From: Eledone cirrhosa
Lineage: Eukaryota
DNA: 64,000 bases
Reading direction: 5' to 3'
NCBI GenBank assembly: GCA_964016885.1
Contig: OZ024742.1
Span: forward strand, 113,894,001-113,958,000
Shown piece by piece: positions 15,158 to 30,850 of this stretch; position 1 is the stretch's first letter; the number at the start of each line of letters is the position of its first letter. A program made the position numbers and the translations under genes. Under the pieces are notes generated by a model. It did not search any database and was not told where the DNA came from. It saw only the letters and a list, made by a program, of their open reading frames with translations.

Positions 15158-15472
15158 AATGAATAATAATAGGTAGACATCATAAAAAGGTAATTTATTC
15201 CGTGGGTTTACAAATGTTTCCACGGTGGTACTACATCCTAGTTATGCTATGTGAAAATTTACAAATTTGCAGAACTCAAATACCCAATGATGTGACCACT
15301 ATATCCTCAGTTAGGATACATTGGTCACAGCATTGGATATTTGAGTTCTGGAAATTCTTGTAAATTTGCACATAGCATAACTAGGCTGTAGTACCACCGT
15401 GGAAACATTTGTAAGCACACGGAATAAATGACCTTTTTATGATGTCTACCTGTTATTATTCATTCTTTATAT
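15151..15472. repeat. ~320-bp fold-back, probably an inverted PLE pLTR remnant
   Basis: Arms of ~155 bp pair around a centre near 15310. It abuts (TA)n. The minus strand has CTGAGGA (15310-15304) ... GAAACATTTGTA (15220-15209), a hammerhead-like core. Confidence 0.8.
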
Positions 15473-15484
15473 TGGTATTTATAT

Positions 15485-15657
15485 TGGTAGAGGGTCGGAT
15501 GCCATGCTTTGACGCATAGAGTTACAGCCCTTGCCATTCTGAGTTCAAATCCCGCCGAGGTTAACTTTGCCTTTCATCCTTACGGGGTCTATAAAATAAA
15601 GTACCAGTAATACACTGGGTAATTGCTGGCCTTGTGCCTAACGTAGAAACAATTATT
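15485..15657 (+). mobile_element. tRNA-derived SINE, slightly 5'-truncated
   Basis: Same family as above, B box gagttcaaatccc. TSD attattcattctttatat at 15455-15472 and 15652-15669. Confidence 0.88.
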
Positions 15658-15809
15658 CATTCTTTATATACACTCCGGAATACAGAAGGATCAGGAACTA
15701 AATTTCTTCAACAATTCTTCCATAACACGTAGAGTAACCTCTCACCGTACGTCAACCATATCCAGTGTAGTAATTAACCATTACTACATCTCGGGTAATC
15801 CTATACGTA

Positions 15810-15907
<98 letters not shown>

Positions 15908-16623
15908 CAATAACAGAGATAGTTTAAAGCTAAACTCTGACTGGTAACCATCTCACTCAACAAACATTAGGTTATATTAAAATATAAACCCAATTTAAGT
16001 GTTTGGGGTGCTAACAATATGTATAATGTGGAAAAGCCAGTTGTATTATTTTATGAGATATAATTAAAGTTAAAGTATATCTCTCTTTCCAAACAATTGT
16101 TTCATTATAAGTTTTCTACAAGTTTGGGAGAATGTTTCCAGTTTATGTAGAAGCCTAATATATATTCATGTAAGAATATATTTAGTTGGGCACTTATAAA
16201 TCATCAGTGGAAGCCCATTAAACATTGATATAAGAAAACAATTTCTTTCCGCTGTCAAAAATCATGTCCCTAAAGTTGCTCCCTCTCACCTCGAATGACC
16301 GCCAAATTTGAAATTCCAGCAGTTTTTGATTGAGGAAGTATCATAGTGACACGAAGCGGGAAGGGGAGACAACCCACGATCCACGAAATGAGGAAAAAAA
16401 ATAATATACACGCGGGTTAATTAGTTTTTTTGAAAACATTATCAATCCAACGTGTTTAAGAACTCAATTGAAAATAAAAAAATAAATATATGCTTGTATA
16501 AATTACACACGCATATAGATATTTGATTAGGCTAGATCAGAAGTTGTACCCGAATAAGAACCGCTTCTCATAACCGCAGTAAATGCAGAAAGTTATGCTA
16601 TAAAGGGCAAATGGGAATATACC

Positions 16624-16715
16624 GCCCGCATAGCTCAGTCGGTACAGCATCAGACTTTTACGATCTATTCTGTGAAGGTATCTGAGGGTCGCGGGTTCAA
16701 GTCCCTCTGCGGGCG
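16624..16715 (+). tRNA. tRNA-Lys(UUU) with 19-nt intron (16661-16679); possibly a pseudogene
   Basis: Acceptor GCCCGCA/TGCGGGC, anticodon stem TCAGA/TCTGA, anticodon TTT at 16657-16659, intron at canonical 37/38, T loop TTCAAGT, discriminator G. One mismatch each in the D and T stems. Confidence 0.88.
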
Positions 16716-16719
16716 AACT

Positions 16720-16771
<52 letters not shown>

Positions 16772-17014
16772 ATGTGTGGGTGTATGTGTGTGTGTTAACA
16801 TCCATATGCCACTGCGCATATTCATATGTATAAAAATATCAGTAATATTATAATATATAACCAGCAATTCCTCTGTCTATCTGTCCGACAGTGGAAACAA
16901 GTGCGCGCGTGCGAATGTTTTGTGCGCACGCGTAGAGAGAGAGTGAGAGTGAAAGAAAGAGACGGACTACAAGAGGGGGATAGCAGGAAGGAGAGAGGGG
17001 GGTATTGAGGAGTG

Positions 17015-17240
17015 CTACAGAAACATATATACATTTCTGTGTGTGTGTAATATATATATATATATATACATACACATAAATATATATATATACACACAGA
17101 AATATATATACATTTCTGTGTGTGTAATATATATATATATATACACATAGAAATATATATACATTTCTGTGTGTGTAATATATATATTTATATATATATA
17201 TATACACACAAAGAAATATATATACATTTCTGTGTGTGTA

Positions 17241-17273
<33 letters not shown>

Positions 17274-17316
17274 AAGAAATATATATACATTTCTGTGTGT
17301 GTAATATATATATATA
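17015..17316. repeat. Minisatellite, ~5 units with variable (TA)n
   Basis: Unit acacaca(a)agaaatatatatacatttctgtgtgtgtaa(ta)n, internally palindromic. Confidence 0.85.
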
Positions 17317-18649
17317 CTAGCAGAAAACCACCCGGTAGGCGGTTTTCCGCTAGTCTCCTTATAATATATAACCAGCAACTTCTCTGTCTGTCTGTCCGAC
17401 GCGTAGAGAGAGAGTGAAAGAAAGAGACATACTACAAGAAGGGGGATAGCGGGAGGGAGAGAGAGAGACGCTGGAAGAGAGGAAGGAAAGCTATGTCTTG
17501 CTGTCTGCATTACGATACATATATATATATACACACACACACTGAGCGCGTCATAATGACGTAATGCAGACAGACAGACATACAGACAAATATCATAAGG
17601 GCGCAACGTTATATCTATGTATCTATCTAAAAAGAAAGACTAAGTATTATATAGAGAGAACGCTAAATCGCCTAATGCAGTCCCTAGAGCATTGAACATT
17701 TGAAATAATGTTTGCTCAAAACACTCACAGGACCATAAGTAGTACATGTCTAAAGTTTGAAAACAATCGGTTGGATGGTTCTCAAGTTTTAGTGAGCTGA
17801 CAGACATACTCTGTTTCAGATATATAAACTAGCAGAAATCCGCAAGCGGTGGTTTTCTGCTAGTCTATATATATAAAACTGAGGATATCTGTCTGTGTGT
17901 GTGTGAGTTTGAATCCCTAAAACTCGAGAACCACCCAAACGACTGTTTTCAAACTGTACACATGTAATACCTGTTTTAGGGAGTTTTAGGAGCAAAATAA
18001 ATGTCTATTTTTAATGCCCTACGGACCGGATTAGGCGATTTAGCGATCTCTCTCTATAATTCTTAGTCTTTCTCTTTTCAGATAGATACAGACATATAAC
18101 GTCGCGCCCTTATAATATCTCTATGTATGTCTGACTGTCTGCATTACGTCACTTCCCTGAGGATGTCTGTCTGTCTGTGGGTGTGTTTGTGTGTGTGTGT
18201 CTGTGAGTTTTAATCCCTAAAACTCGAGAAGTACCCAACCGACTTTTTTCAAACTTTACATGTGTATTACTTATGTTTGAAGGGGTGTTATGCACATACA
18301 AAATTCAACTTATTGATCACCTAGGGCCCGCATTAGTTGAAAAACTGCGTTTTTTCAAATTTTTAGGGGTTTTTTGAGACGTTACGTCTAGCTGATTTTC
18401 CCGAAATTTCAAGGCATATTATGCACATAAAAAGATTCTGTTTCTTGATTCCCTAGGGCCCGCATTAGGTGAAAATCTGCATTTTTCCTGTTTCATCGTG
18501 GAAAATCTTAAAGATTATCCAGCCATCACAGTATCCGGTTTATTTTCTTTACATATTGTCCACGCATGCAGTTTTTCCACGATTATGTCTGTTGCCAACC
18601 CACATTCCAAAATACGTTATCCCGTGCAACACCGGGTACCACTACTAGT
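17317..18649. mobile_element. Cluster of non-autonomous Helitron-like elements in both orientations
   Basis: 5' end TCTATATATATAAAA at 17864 followed by (GTCT)/(GT) tracts. 3' hairpin cccgtgcaacaccggg + CTAGT at 18621-18649. About 17540-17790 is an inverted homologue of about 17910-18150. Confidence 0.7.
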
Positions 18650-18814
18650 ACCATATATAATGTCATTAATAGATGTATGTTAATTAACTCAAGTGTTGTT
18701 TAATTATAAGTTGGGAAAATATATGATACGCGTATTCAAATGGCATTTCTATCATATTGTTACTTCGATGTACTAGCTTAGTCGAAATAATGGTTCCTGA
18801 TTAAGACAAAATGA

Positions 18815-18890
18815 GTGGAAAGTCGATTAAATCGACCTCAGTGCGCTACTGGTATGTTATTGTATTGATACTCTAAGAATGAAAGGCAAA
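18815..18890 (-). mobile_element. Degenerate fragment of the SINE core
   Basis: ctggtatgttattgtattgatactctaagaatgaaaggcaaa resembles the reverse complement of the SINE core. Confidence 0.5.
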
Positions 18891-20042
18891 AAGGAAGCAG
18901 CGACCTTATATTATTTTGGAATATGATATCTTTTGGATGGTATGCAATATTTCCAATGGCCCATTATTGTTCAGCTGTTCATTGGGTATTTATGATGGTC
19001 AGCATTCATTTTTGTGATTTGATTTTCTTACTCGAGCAATGTTACAGTTGCTGAAGTGTGTGTTGCTGCTGGCTATATTTTAGATGAATGATGATTTAGT
19101 TCTTTTTTTTTATTTACATTTCTCATAATATGTTTTTGTATTGTATGAATGCTCTATTTATTTTTGTCACAGACCTAATGGGATAGGGTTTGAGCATAAA
19201 TTTGTAACGGTTCATCACTTATCTGTCAAGATATTTTGAGATATATGGAGATGTATGTGTACGTATGAAAAACCTGTAAGGGGGAAAATATCATATATGT
19301 ATGCATTCCAGTGTGCATTTGGGGAATTCATGTTATTGAATGGGTGTTGTGGAGGGAGAATTATGTTTACATTTTGGCTGCTGGGATCTCAGTTTACACA
19401 GTAATTCTTGACTTTGTTAGAGAAGACGGTTTCACAATAGTATGAAAAGTATTCATGTGCTTATTAAACACCATGTCCAATATGTTTTCGTGACATGCTG
19501 CTGGTGCAGGAAACAGAAGTTTGGACAGACAGACAAAACCTCATACATATAGTGAAAAAATTACTTCTTTTTTTCCTTTGTAAGCATTTGATGTGGAACT
19601 GTATAAATGAATCAGTGTGAGACTACTAAACACAGAAGATGATGAAGACCCCTATCATTAGTATAGTTAAGAGAACGGCACTGCTTGATAAAACACTCAA
19701 TGAGGTTAATCGATATGTGAAGGATAGTAGTATCATTGTTCTTTTTTGTGCATAAATACTGATTTATCATAACCATTGGAGAACATTTCATGTTCGTTTG
19801 CCATAAAACAATCATGCACGTATTTGCTAGATTTGCCCTATATTTTGCCAAAACTGAAAGTAAGATTTGGCTAGATATATCTCAGTTATTATGAAGAACG
19901 GAATGTGGTGGCAGTGGCCGGCAACACATTCCCCAATGAATTGAATATTATGTTTCTGTTTAAAGAAAGTGTTGGTAACTTTTGCATTAAGCAATAGAGT
20001 TTAGGCTAGAAATGTGGCCGGTGTATACATGCATTCATCATT

Positions 20043-20219
<177 letters not shown>

Positions 20220-20419
20220 AGACGTGGACAAACATATTTAAAAGTGCCTCCTCCAGTATACCGTGGTGGCTATATGTGTACTCCGAAACCACTGACCGCA
20301 CATTTATGTCAAATGTATAAGACATTGTGTATACTATATAAGCTCTCTTGCAAAAGATTGAGCATTCTTTTCCTTGATCTTTAATATATGGATTTCTTCT
20401 CCCAAACACACACATGTCT

Positions 20420-20870
20420 ACTAGACCTGAAAAATGCGCAAGCTCAAAAGAGCCACAGAATGTTATAATAAACCTTCAAAAGTGTGGGACTAGAGTTGTT
20501 GCTCAAAAAATATTGTAATCATTATCTATCGTACACTCTGCGGCATCCTTTTATGAAAAAGAGACTCATAACGAACTCAAGATGACACGATAATTATTTA
20601 AGCTAATGTTCAATATCTCATATTAGATGTTTAGTACTAATTAATACGAAATGCACTTAAACCGAATTATATATTTTAAATTCACTTAAATAATTATCGT
20701 GTCGTCTTGAGTTCGTTATGAGTCTCTTTTTTTCTTATAAAAGGATGCCACAGAGTGTACGATAGATAATGATTACAATAATTTTGAGCAACAACTCTAG
20801 TCCCACACATTTGAAGGTTTATTATAACATTCTGTGGCTCTTTTTAGCTTGCGCATTTTTCAGGTCTAGT
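20420..20870. mobile_element. MITE-like element with ~180-bp terminal inverted repeats
   Basis: 20420-20602 is the near-perfect reverse complement of 20685-20870, with an ~80-bp AT-rich spacer. Ends TA|GACCTG...CAGGTC|TA are compatible with a TA TSD. Confidence 0.8.
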
Positions 20871-21958
20871 TTAATATTTTTTTAAGGCATCGCTTGTAAT
20901 AGCTCTAGTTAAACATGATATATATTAATAATATATTATTGTTGTAATGTAATTCGATAATATAAATGTTATTTTATAAATGATCTTATAAATATTTTTT
21001 TAAGATGTATAAAATATTTTCAGACTTTTATTATAAACAACTACAAAAAAAAATTAATATTAAATAAATATATTTTACATAATAATTGTTATAGTTGAAT
21101 TAATAAAAATTAAATATTACATAAAAATAGTCTAACATATTAATAAAAAAATAATCTAACATAATAATAATAAAATAATCTATCATAAAACGAACAATAA
21201 TATGTACAAATATACAAGTACATATGATACAACCAATATTATAAGCATGTTATAACGAACTAAAACAAAAATAGTTAATATCAATTTTAAAAATCATATA
21301 TAAATTATGACTTACCAAAACGTGTAAAATATTTAGAAGATTCGAAAGCGAAATTATAAATAAACGTGCAAACAAAGTGGCGGATGTTTTTGAGCAACAA
21401 TTACTCTCATTGGTTGATCAGCCAATAAGACGATGAAATTAGCCAATAAGACGATACATTACAAAAGATGTTTAGCAGGGATCACCACGGCCAGCGAAAC
21501 ACCTTGAATTTGTTATTGAAAAGCTACGCATATAATGTCAGATACTCAGCCTTAAAACATTCTGTTGTTAGTCACTGCGTGTCTAACAGATACACACTGA
21601 TATTTATTCACATTTTAAGTTAATAAGTATGAAGTTTTCATTGATATACATCTAGTGTTAAAACTCTCATTAACTGACTAATAATAATAATTAATATCCA
21701 TACATACGTCAATATTATATTTACTGTAATATTGTTCTTGCGAGATAGAAGCAGAAGTTATTAGTGAAACAACGATAAATATGTCACAATTTCATGAATT
21801 GTTTTATGCAATATTCACCTGTTAGAGGCGCACAACGTCCTTCATTGTGCTTCTAATGAAGGCGATATTTGTCTGAAATGTTTCATTATGCATGTAAATA
21901 TATTCCCCAGAATATTAAACTGTATTTTAAAAGCAATTACGTTTTATTATACAGATTT

Positions 21959-22115
21959 GGCGGTGGATTGGCAGTATCGGTAGAGGGTCGGACGTCATGC
22001 TTTGACGCATAGAGTTACGGCCCTTTCCATTCTGAGTTCAAATCCCGCTGAGATCAACTTTGCCTTTCATCCTTACAGGGTCGATAAAAGAAAGTACCAT
22101 TAATGTAGTAACAAT
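21959..22115 (+). mobile_element. tRNA-derived SINE
   Basis: ggcggtggattggcagtatcggtagagg head, B box and core. 3' end shortened. Confidence 0.88.
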
Positions 22116-22156
22116 TAGAGTTTGATCACTGGACATTATTGTTATCCCCTATTAAG

Positions 22157-22345
22157 GGCGGTGGATTGGCAGTATCGGTAGAGGGTCGGACGCCATGCTT
22201 TCCAGCATAGTTACGACCCTTTACGATCTGAGTTCAAATCCCGCCGAGGTTGACTTTGCCTTTCATCCTTACGGGGTCGATAAAATAAAGTACCAGTAAT
22301 GCACTGGTAATTGCTGGCCTTGTGCCAAAAGTAGAAACAATTATT
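22157..22345 (+). mobile_element. Full-length tRNA-derived SINE
   Basis: Complete head, core and tail. TSD attattg(t/g)tatcccctat at 22135-22152 and 22340-22357. Confidence 0.92.
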
Positions 22346-23584
22346 GGTATCCCCTATCCAGACAAATACATTAGAAATAGGAATATATATTTAATGCAAA
22401 CTAAAAAAAGCTAATTATTTTGCAAAAAAAAAATGTTACTAGGAAGAATGTTTTTTAAGCCTTGCTATTCATTCAGGAATAAAAGCTTATTATGGAAAAC
22501 ATAATGGAATCGTAATATAGGGCTATAGCAAACAATTTTACAGAGGGTTCATGTTCAAATTTTAATTTGAAAACATTTCAATATTTGAGAAAATATTATT
22601 TTGTTCCAAATCCTGTGGGCTGTCTAAATTTGATATCAGAAATCTAAACATTTTCATCACAGTTAACAATTGTTTATATGAATTGGAAATATTTATATTC
22701 TATCAGACAATAATGTCAATGTACGTGTACAACAGATAATTCAATAGCAAACGTCGATTTATAACACGGAATATGAAATCAGAGTTGAAAAAAAAAGTTG
22801 GTGATAGAACTCCATGATGAAAAATATGTTTATAACTAAATTTAGAGATTGATCGATCATCACTGAATACAAGATTTACATGTAAAATATGAATACAGAA
22901 ACAATTACTTGAATTTCATTCAATATTTCAAAGATGTTTTCTAACACCATTTATATCAATCAGAGATTCTCACACTAATTTAAAAGTAAATATCTAGCCA
23001 ACACATTTCAACTCACCTCACAGCATTCCTTAAGGGCATCCAAAAATTAAGAATATATTTCTGTATTTTAAGTTTAGAATGTTTAAGATATCGCTACTAA
23101 ATGGAGAAAGAGTATGTGTCAACACACCCTCAAGCCTATTTCCAACGAAATACAGTCGATTATTAATAATAATGTGGTTGTTATTAACACATAATTGAAC
23201 GAATTGCATGTAATGATATTGGAAATGTTAATGCAAAGGCAAAAACATTTATAATATTAGTGATATTCAAAGGAAAATTACAGACACATAGCTGTTAGTT
23301 GTTAATGAACAGTCCTAACGAGTGAATTCATGCACGTTTTACGTTATTGTAAATCTTAGAGGCCAAAAGTGACAAGTGAATACGTTCTGTAATGAACTGT
23401 CTTTGATATATATCGGGACATCATAATATAGACACTCAATAGATATCTCAAATGAAGCACGTTTCTTTTACAATGATATGTTTATTTTACTTCTACATCA
23501 TAATAAATCCTTGTTTTCCTGTTACTCATTATCTAAATAGGCAGCCTTATCTATGTACACAAAACTACAATCATGCAGATTATA

Positions 23585-23625
<41 letters not shown>

Positions 23626-23829
23626 GGGGGGGTATGTGTTTGTGTGTGTGTATGTTTGGAGGGGGGGTGCATTTGTAAATGTGTAGGTGTATGTATATAT
23701 ATATATATTTGTTTTGCGAGGTTTTTGATATGAACTGAAATCGTGTGTCGAAACAAGTATGGTTATACTTGGGGAGGGTCATACTGTTGTAATAATATTG
23801 CCGGAAATAATAACAGAACAGTTGGTTTG

Positions 23830-26340
<2,511 letters not shown>

Positions 26341-26572
26341 GAGAGAGAGATATATTTCTTTATTTACCATAAAGGTATAAAAAGAAGGGACAAATACAAA
26401 GGGGGAGTTTACATAAAACCGAGTAAAAAGGGTATAAAATGAAAATAATCAAAAATAACCTCAAAAGGGAGGCGACGTGATGGGGGTTGCACACCCCACC
26501 CCCAAAAAAGTGTGCAATCCTTTGCCAGGGCAGCACATGGAGGAGGTGCTCTCCTCTCCTTCAGTTCTTTAC

Positions 26573-29058
26573 CTACAGGATGGTATACAGAGAAGGCCCA
26601 TTTACACGAGCCATTCTCGCCACTCTCACCCACCTTTCATAAAACTGCCTGTGGCCAAGCACCTCTCTCTCCATTCTTATCCTTCTTCCGAAGTGATATC
26701 GGAAGAAGTAGACCAGACTATGGCCAGAGAGGAAGTTGCCTGACCTCAGACCTTTCAATCGTGTCCACCAAACAACCTCTTTCAACATGGCTATTAAGCA
26801 CAGAAAAACTGCCTTTTCTTCCTTTGTGAAGAGGGGAGGCGGCTTGATTGTTACCACGGACTCGGCAGTCAATCGAATCGGCGCCACACGCGACAGCAGT
26901 CGTTCGGCGTAGCCCCACAGATCAGCCACGCCCGGACAGTGCACCAATGCGTGCACAACGGTTTCTTCGTGACGCACGCATCTAGGGCAAATCTTTTTCG
27001 AGGGATCCCTGCTCGGGCGTCCGTGTCTATAGAGCCTCTCTCGAACGGGTAGAGCCGCCCGGTAGCACTGCCAGGCCAGTGACTTCTGGAAGTTATCCAT
27101 TGGTCCCGGGCCGAAAGTCCTACCGAACAGTCTGGCCAGTTCGTCCTCTTCCATGTCCAGCGACTCTCCAAGGGTGTCATCGCCCCTGCTAGCCACCAGC
27201 CCTCTATAGAATGACGAGGTGGATTCTCCAGCGATGGGCGGGTCCGCTTGCCAGAGAGCCCTGAGCGCCTGGGCACACTCAGTGTGCCAGTCGCCCAGTT
27301 TTCCGGCACTTTGCTTGACCCAGGACTGCAGCTCGGTGAGCGAGACGAGTCTCGGAAAGACTCGTCTCACGAACGGAGCCCACACCCTTTGACCAGTGAG
27401 GAATACCTGTAGGTGCCGTAGCCTTAATGCGTGCCTACGCATCATCAACCACGGCATCCCCAGTCCTCCTTTCGAAGGTTGTTGACAGCAGATGGATCTT
27501 CTCACCATAGGAGGGCGTTTCTTCCAAAGAAATTGAAAGAGCATGCGTTCCATGGTGGTGAGTGTTTCCTTAGGGCAAGGCACGACAATCAGGCGGTAGT
27601 AGGTGACGGACGCTATGTAAATGTTCGCCACCTCCACCCGACCTTTCAGGGACAGCTTACACTTGGCCCATTTCTGGATTAGTGCAAACACCTTGCTCGT
27701 AACCTCGTCCCAGTTCTTTTCGACCTGGAGGTCCGGTCCAAACCAGACCCCAAACAACTTCACCGGGCCCTCCCTCCAGAGTCCGACGACACCGTCGGGA
27801 GGCATCGGTCTGCCTCTCCACGTTCCGAGTTGCAGCCCGATGGATTTTTCCCGGTTTAGTTTAGCTCCTGACAACCTTCCGTATTCCTCCAGTAAGGTAC
27901 CGATCGCCTCGATCTCCGAGTCGGTCGATACTATTACTGTTACGTCGTCGGCGTAGGCCGACACCGCTTTGCTCAATCCTAGTTCCAGGATACCCTGCAA
28001 CAACTCCAACTTCCTCAGTAAAGGCTCGAGAGTCAATACGTACAGAAGGGAGGAGAGGGCACCCCTGTCGAATGGACCCTGTGATTTCGAACGGCTTCGA
28101 AAGGTAGCCGTTCACCTTAATCCTAGGACAGATGTGGTTGCTATGTAAGGCAGTGATCCAGCCTCAGTAAACAGGACCGAACCCAGCCGCCGCTAGCACC
28201 GCATCCAGGTAACCATGGTCGACTCTATCGAACGCCTTAGACTGATCCAAGTTGATCAGGGCCCCACCGAGCCGGGTTTGTTGCGAACCCTCTCTATGAT
28301 GTATCGCACGAGATGGAGGTTGTCGTGAATAGACCTGGATGGGATAGCACATGTCAGCGCATCTCCCACCAGGCTACCCACAACAAGCGCCAACCTCTTT
28401 GCTAACACCTTGGCCAAAATCTTTAACTCTGTGTTTAGCAGGGTTATGGGCCGAAAATTATTTATACTATACCCCTTATTCTCGTCCTTCCTCACCAACG
28501 AGACTACGCCGTTGGCTACAGAACAAGGAATTCTCCCGTTCTGGCACAGTTGGAAAATATAGTCGATATCTATCGACCAAGTTAAAACGGTCGAGTAACC
28601 CCTTGAGGCTGTTACACCCCCCTCTATTAGGACATGCTCCTGCATAGTCCCAACGTGCATCTAGGATGTCATTCCAGTCCCCCGCTTGAAGCAGGGAACG
28701 CGATGTTCAGCTCCGAAAGGGGAGTAGACTGCGACCAATCTCAAGGCCGCACCTCCACTACTGCCAACGTCTAGCACCAACAAACGACCTTCCGGGTCCG
28801 AGTGAACAACCTGTACGGCGAGACCCAGGTGTTTTTCCAGCAGTACGACAACCCCACCCCAACCTGCAGGTTGATAGAGAGATGCGTGCACCTCAAATCA
28901 TCGAAGGTAGGGGCCAGCTGCCGCACGACGCTGATCCTAGTCTCACAGATAACCATTACATTTATACCACGTGACCTGAGGTCATTTAGAAGCTTTGCTT
29001 GCTTCCAAGTTGAGCCCAGGCCACGTGCATTCAAACATCCTACTCTTAACACATCCAT
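26573..29058 (-). pseudogene. Tx1 family 2 ORF2 (APE-RT-zinc finger), frameshifted and internally deleted
   Basis: Fragments 28771-29058, 28661-28891, 28256-28660, 28164-28352, 27861-28115 and 26573-28036 align with the intact ORF2 at 35845-39264. Most of the APE C-terminus and linker is missing near 28700. Confidence 0.9.
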
Positions 29059-29329
29059 GTGGGCAGCAAAGCCAAAGGAGAGTGTAGAGACCTACCTTTC
29101 TGCTTCCCGGGGTTCGGGTCGCACGACTTCCATGGGGTCGGGCGTGTTGGGTGAAGGGGTGTCTTGTGGTGGTGTGGGGTCTTCAGTGTGTGGTGGGGTT
29201 GGGGTGTTTGGAGTTGTGTTGGCGAGGGGGAGGGGAGGGGAAAGCTTTTTAGGGGGACGCGGTTTATGGGTTTGACAGAGGGTGGTCCTACGTCCTCCTT
29301 AAAATCCTGTTTTAGTTGTTGGTAGAGGT

Positions 29330-30850
29330 TCATTGGGACCTTTATTAATTTTAACTGTGGGTTGTTTTCTGAAAAACAAAGTTTACCCCTTAGGTTTGTA
29401 ACGAAGGGTTATTGTTTATGAGTTCATTTAATTTATTATTGTTTCTGTTGATATAAGTATAGTGTAATGTCTTTTTTTCGGATGGTGTGAGTGTTTCGAA
29501 GAGGGAAGGGGCAGGTTTGGTTTTGTTTGTTACTGGAGGGGTGTTTTGTGTTTTGTTGGATTGTGTTGACATTTGGGTAGGGGCTGTTTGGCCCTGTGTG
29601 TTTTGCACATTTTTTCTTTTTTTCCTTTTAATCTGTCTGAAGGACTCTGTTTCTTCCTCCGAATTCGTTGGGTCATCTTCAGTATTGGAGGGAAGAGGTA
29701 TGTTTGTTGGTAGTGTTTCCGTGTTAGTTTTCTTTGTGGGGGAGATGGATGTCACAATGTTAGACTATGTTGTGTGTTGTGGCTGCGGTGGTTGTGTTGT
29801 TTTATTGAGTGAGGGGTTGGGTGGGACTGTGTTTTGTTTTTTGGGTAATGTGTTGTGTCTGTTTGTGCTGTGGTGGTGGTGTAGTTTTACTGAGGGACGG
29901 GTTGGGTTGGATTGAGTTTTGTTGTTTTGTTTATCTGTTGTGGTGGTGGTGGAGCTGGTGTTGGTAGCAGGGTTTTCTTCTTGTTGAGTTGGGGACAAGC
30001 CGCCTTCAGGTGCCCTCTGCCTGCACAGATATGACAGAACGGCCTTCTCCTCTCCACACTAATGTTTATATACCTGTGGCCCTCTAATATGATTCTGTCG
30101 GGTATTTGGGCAATGTGTTCAGGCTTCATTTGCACTACAAGTTCTATTCCTGTTCCACTGAACGCATTGTCTGTGGTTTTCCCAATGGAAATCACGTTGT
30201 CATTCGCTGGATCGATGAAGCCAGCTATGAGCCAGCAGTAGTCCACATCTGGCATCATCGCATCCAGCCATATCCGCTGAGTTCTTTTACCCATATAAGA
30301 TGGATAAAAGGTAAAATTTGTCGAACGAATCCGCGACAAAGCATATTTTTTCACCGCCGATTCGTTCTTCATAATAATGGCCACGCTTCCATACAGCCTC
30401 TCTTCTTATGAAAGTGGCTTCATTAAATACTTCTCTAAGTACCGCTTTAATTTCTACTTGAGTTGGTTGTTGCGGCTTTTTTGAGATGTTGTTGATGGTG
30501 CGGAAAACGACCGTCCGACTTTCAATATCTTTGGTGAGTTCTTGGGGCATTTTTACCAAAAGGCTCCATTTTCCCCTTGAGTTATGAATTGTTTGGCGTT
30601 TTTTTATTCATTGTGCCACATCTGAAATATTTTCAGGTATGTACGTTAAAGATTTTTTTGTTGTTTGTGCAAATGACATGTTATTGGTGTTGACTTTGTC
30701 GTCTGTTTTGCTTTCTGTTATGATGTTGTTGTTTTCAAATGTTATTTTTGTGTTTGTTGTTTCTTTGTTTGTTGTATTGATATTGTAATGCAATTATTTC
30801 AAATCTGTTTTTGTTGTTGGAATCAATCTCCAGATTTGTGTTTTCGTCGA
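29330..30850 (-). pseudogene. Tx1 family 2 ORF1 (gag-like, CCHC knuckle), disrupted
   Basis: MSFAQ, RTVVFRT, PSYMGKR and ISVERRRPFCHIC parallel ISFAG, CTVTYRT, PSYCGQK and ISVEGKRPKCFRC in the ORF1 at 39300-41426. Confidence 0.8.

Noticed and set aside
17015-17316. Regularly spaced palindromic repeats resembling a CRISPR array
   Set aside because: Spacers are just (TA)n, the context is eukaryotic, and there are no cas genes.
21850-21890. Hammerhead-like ctaatga-aggc..gtct-gaaa
   Set aside because: Core is mutated and stems I and III are absent.
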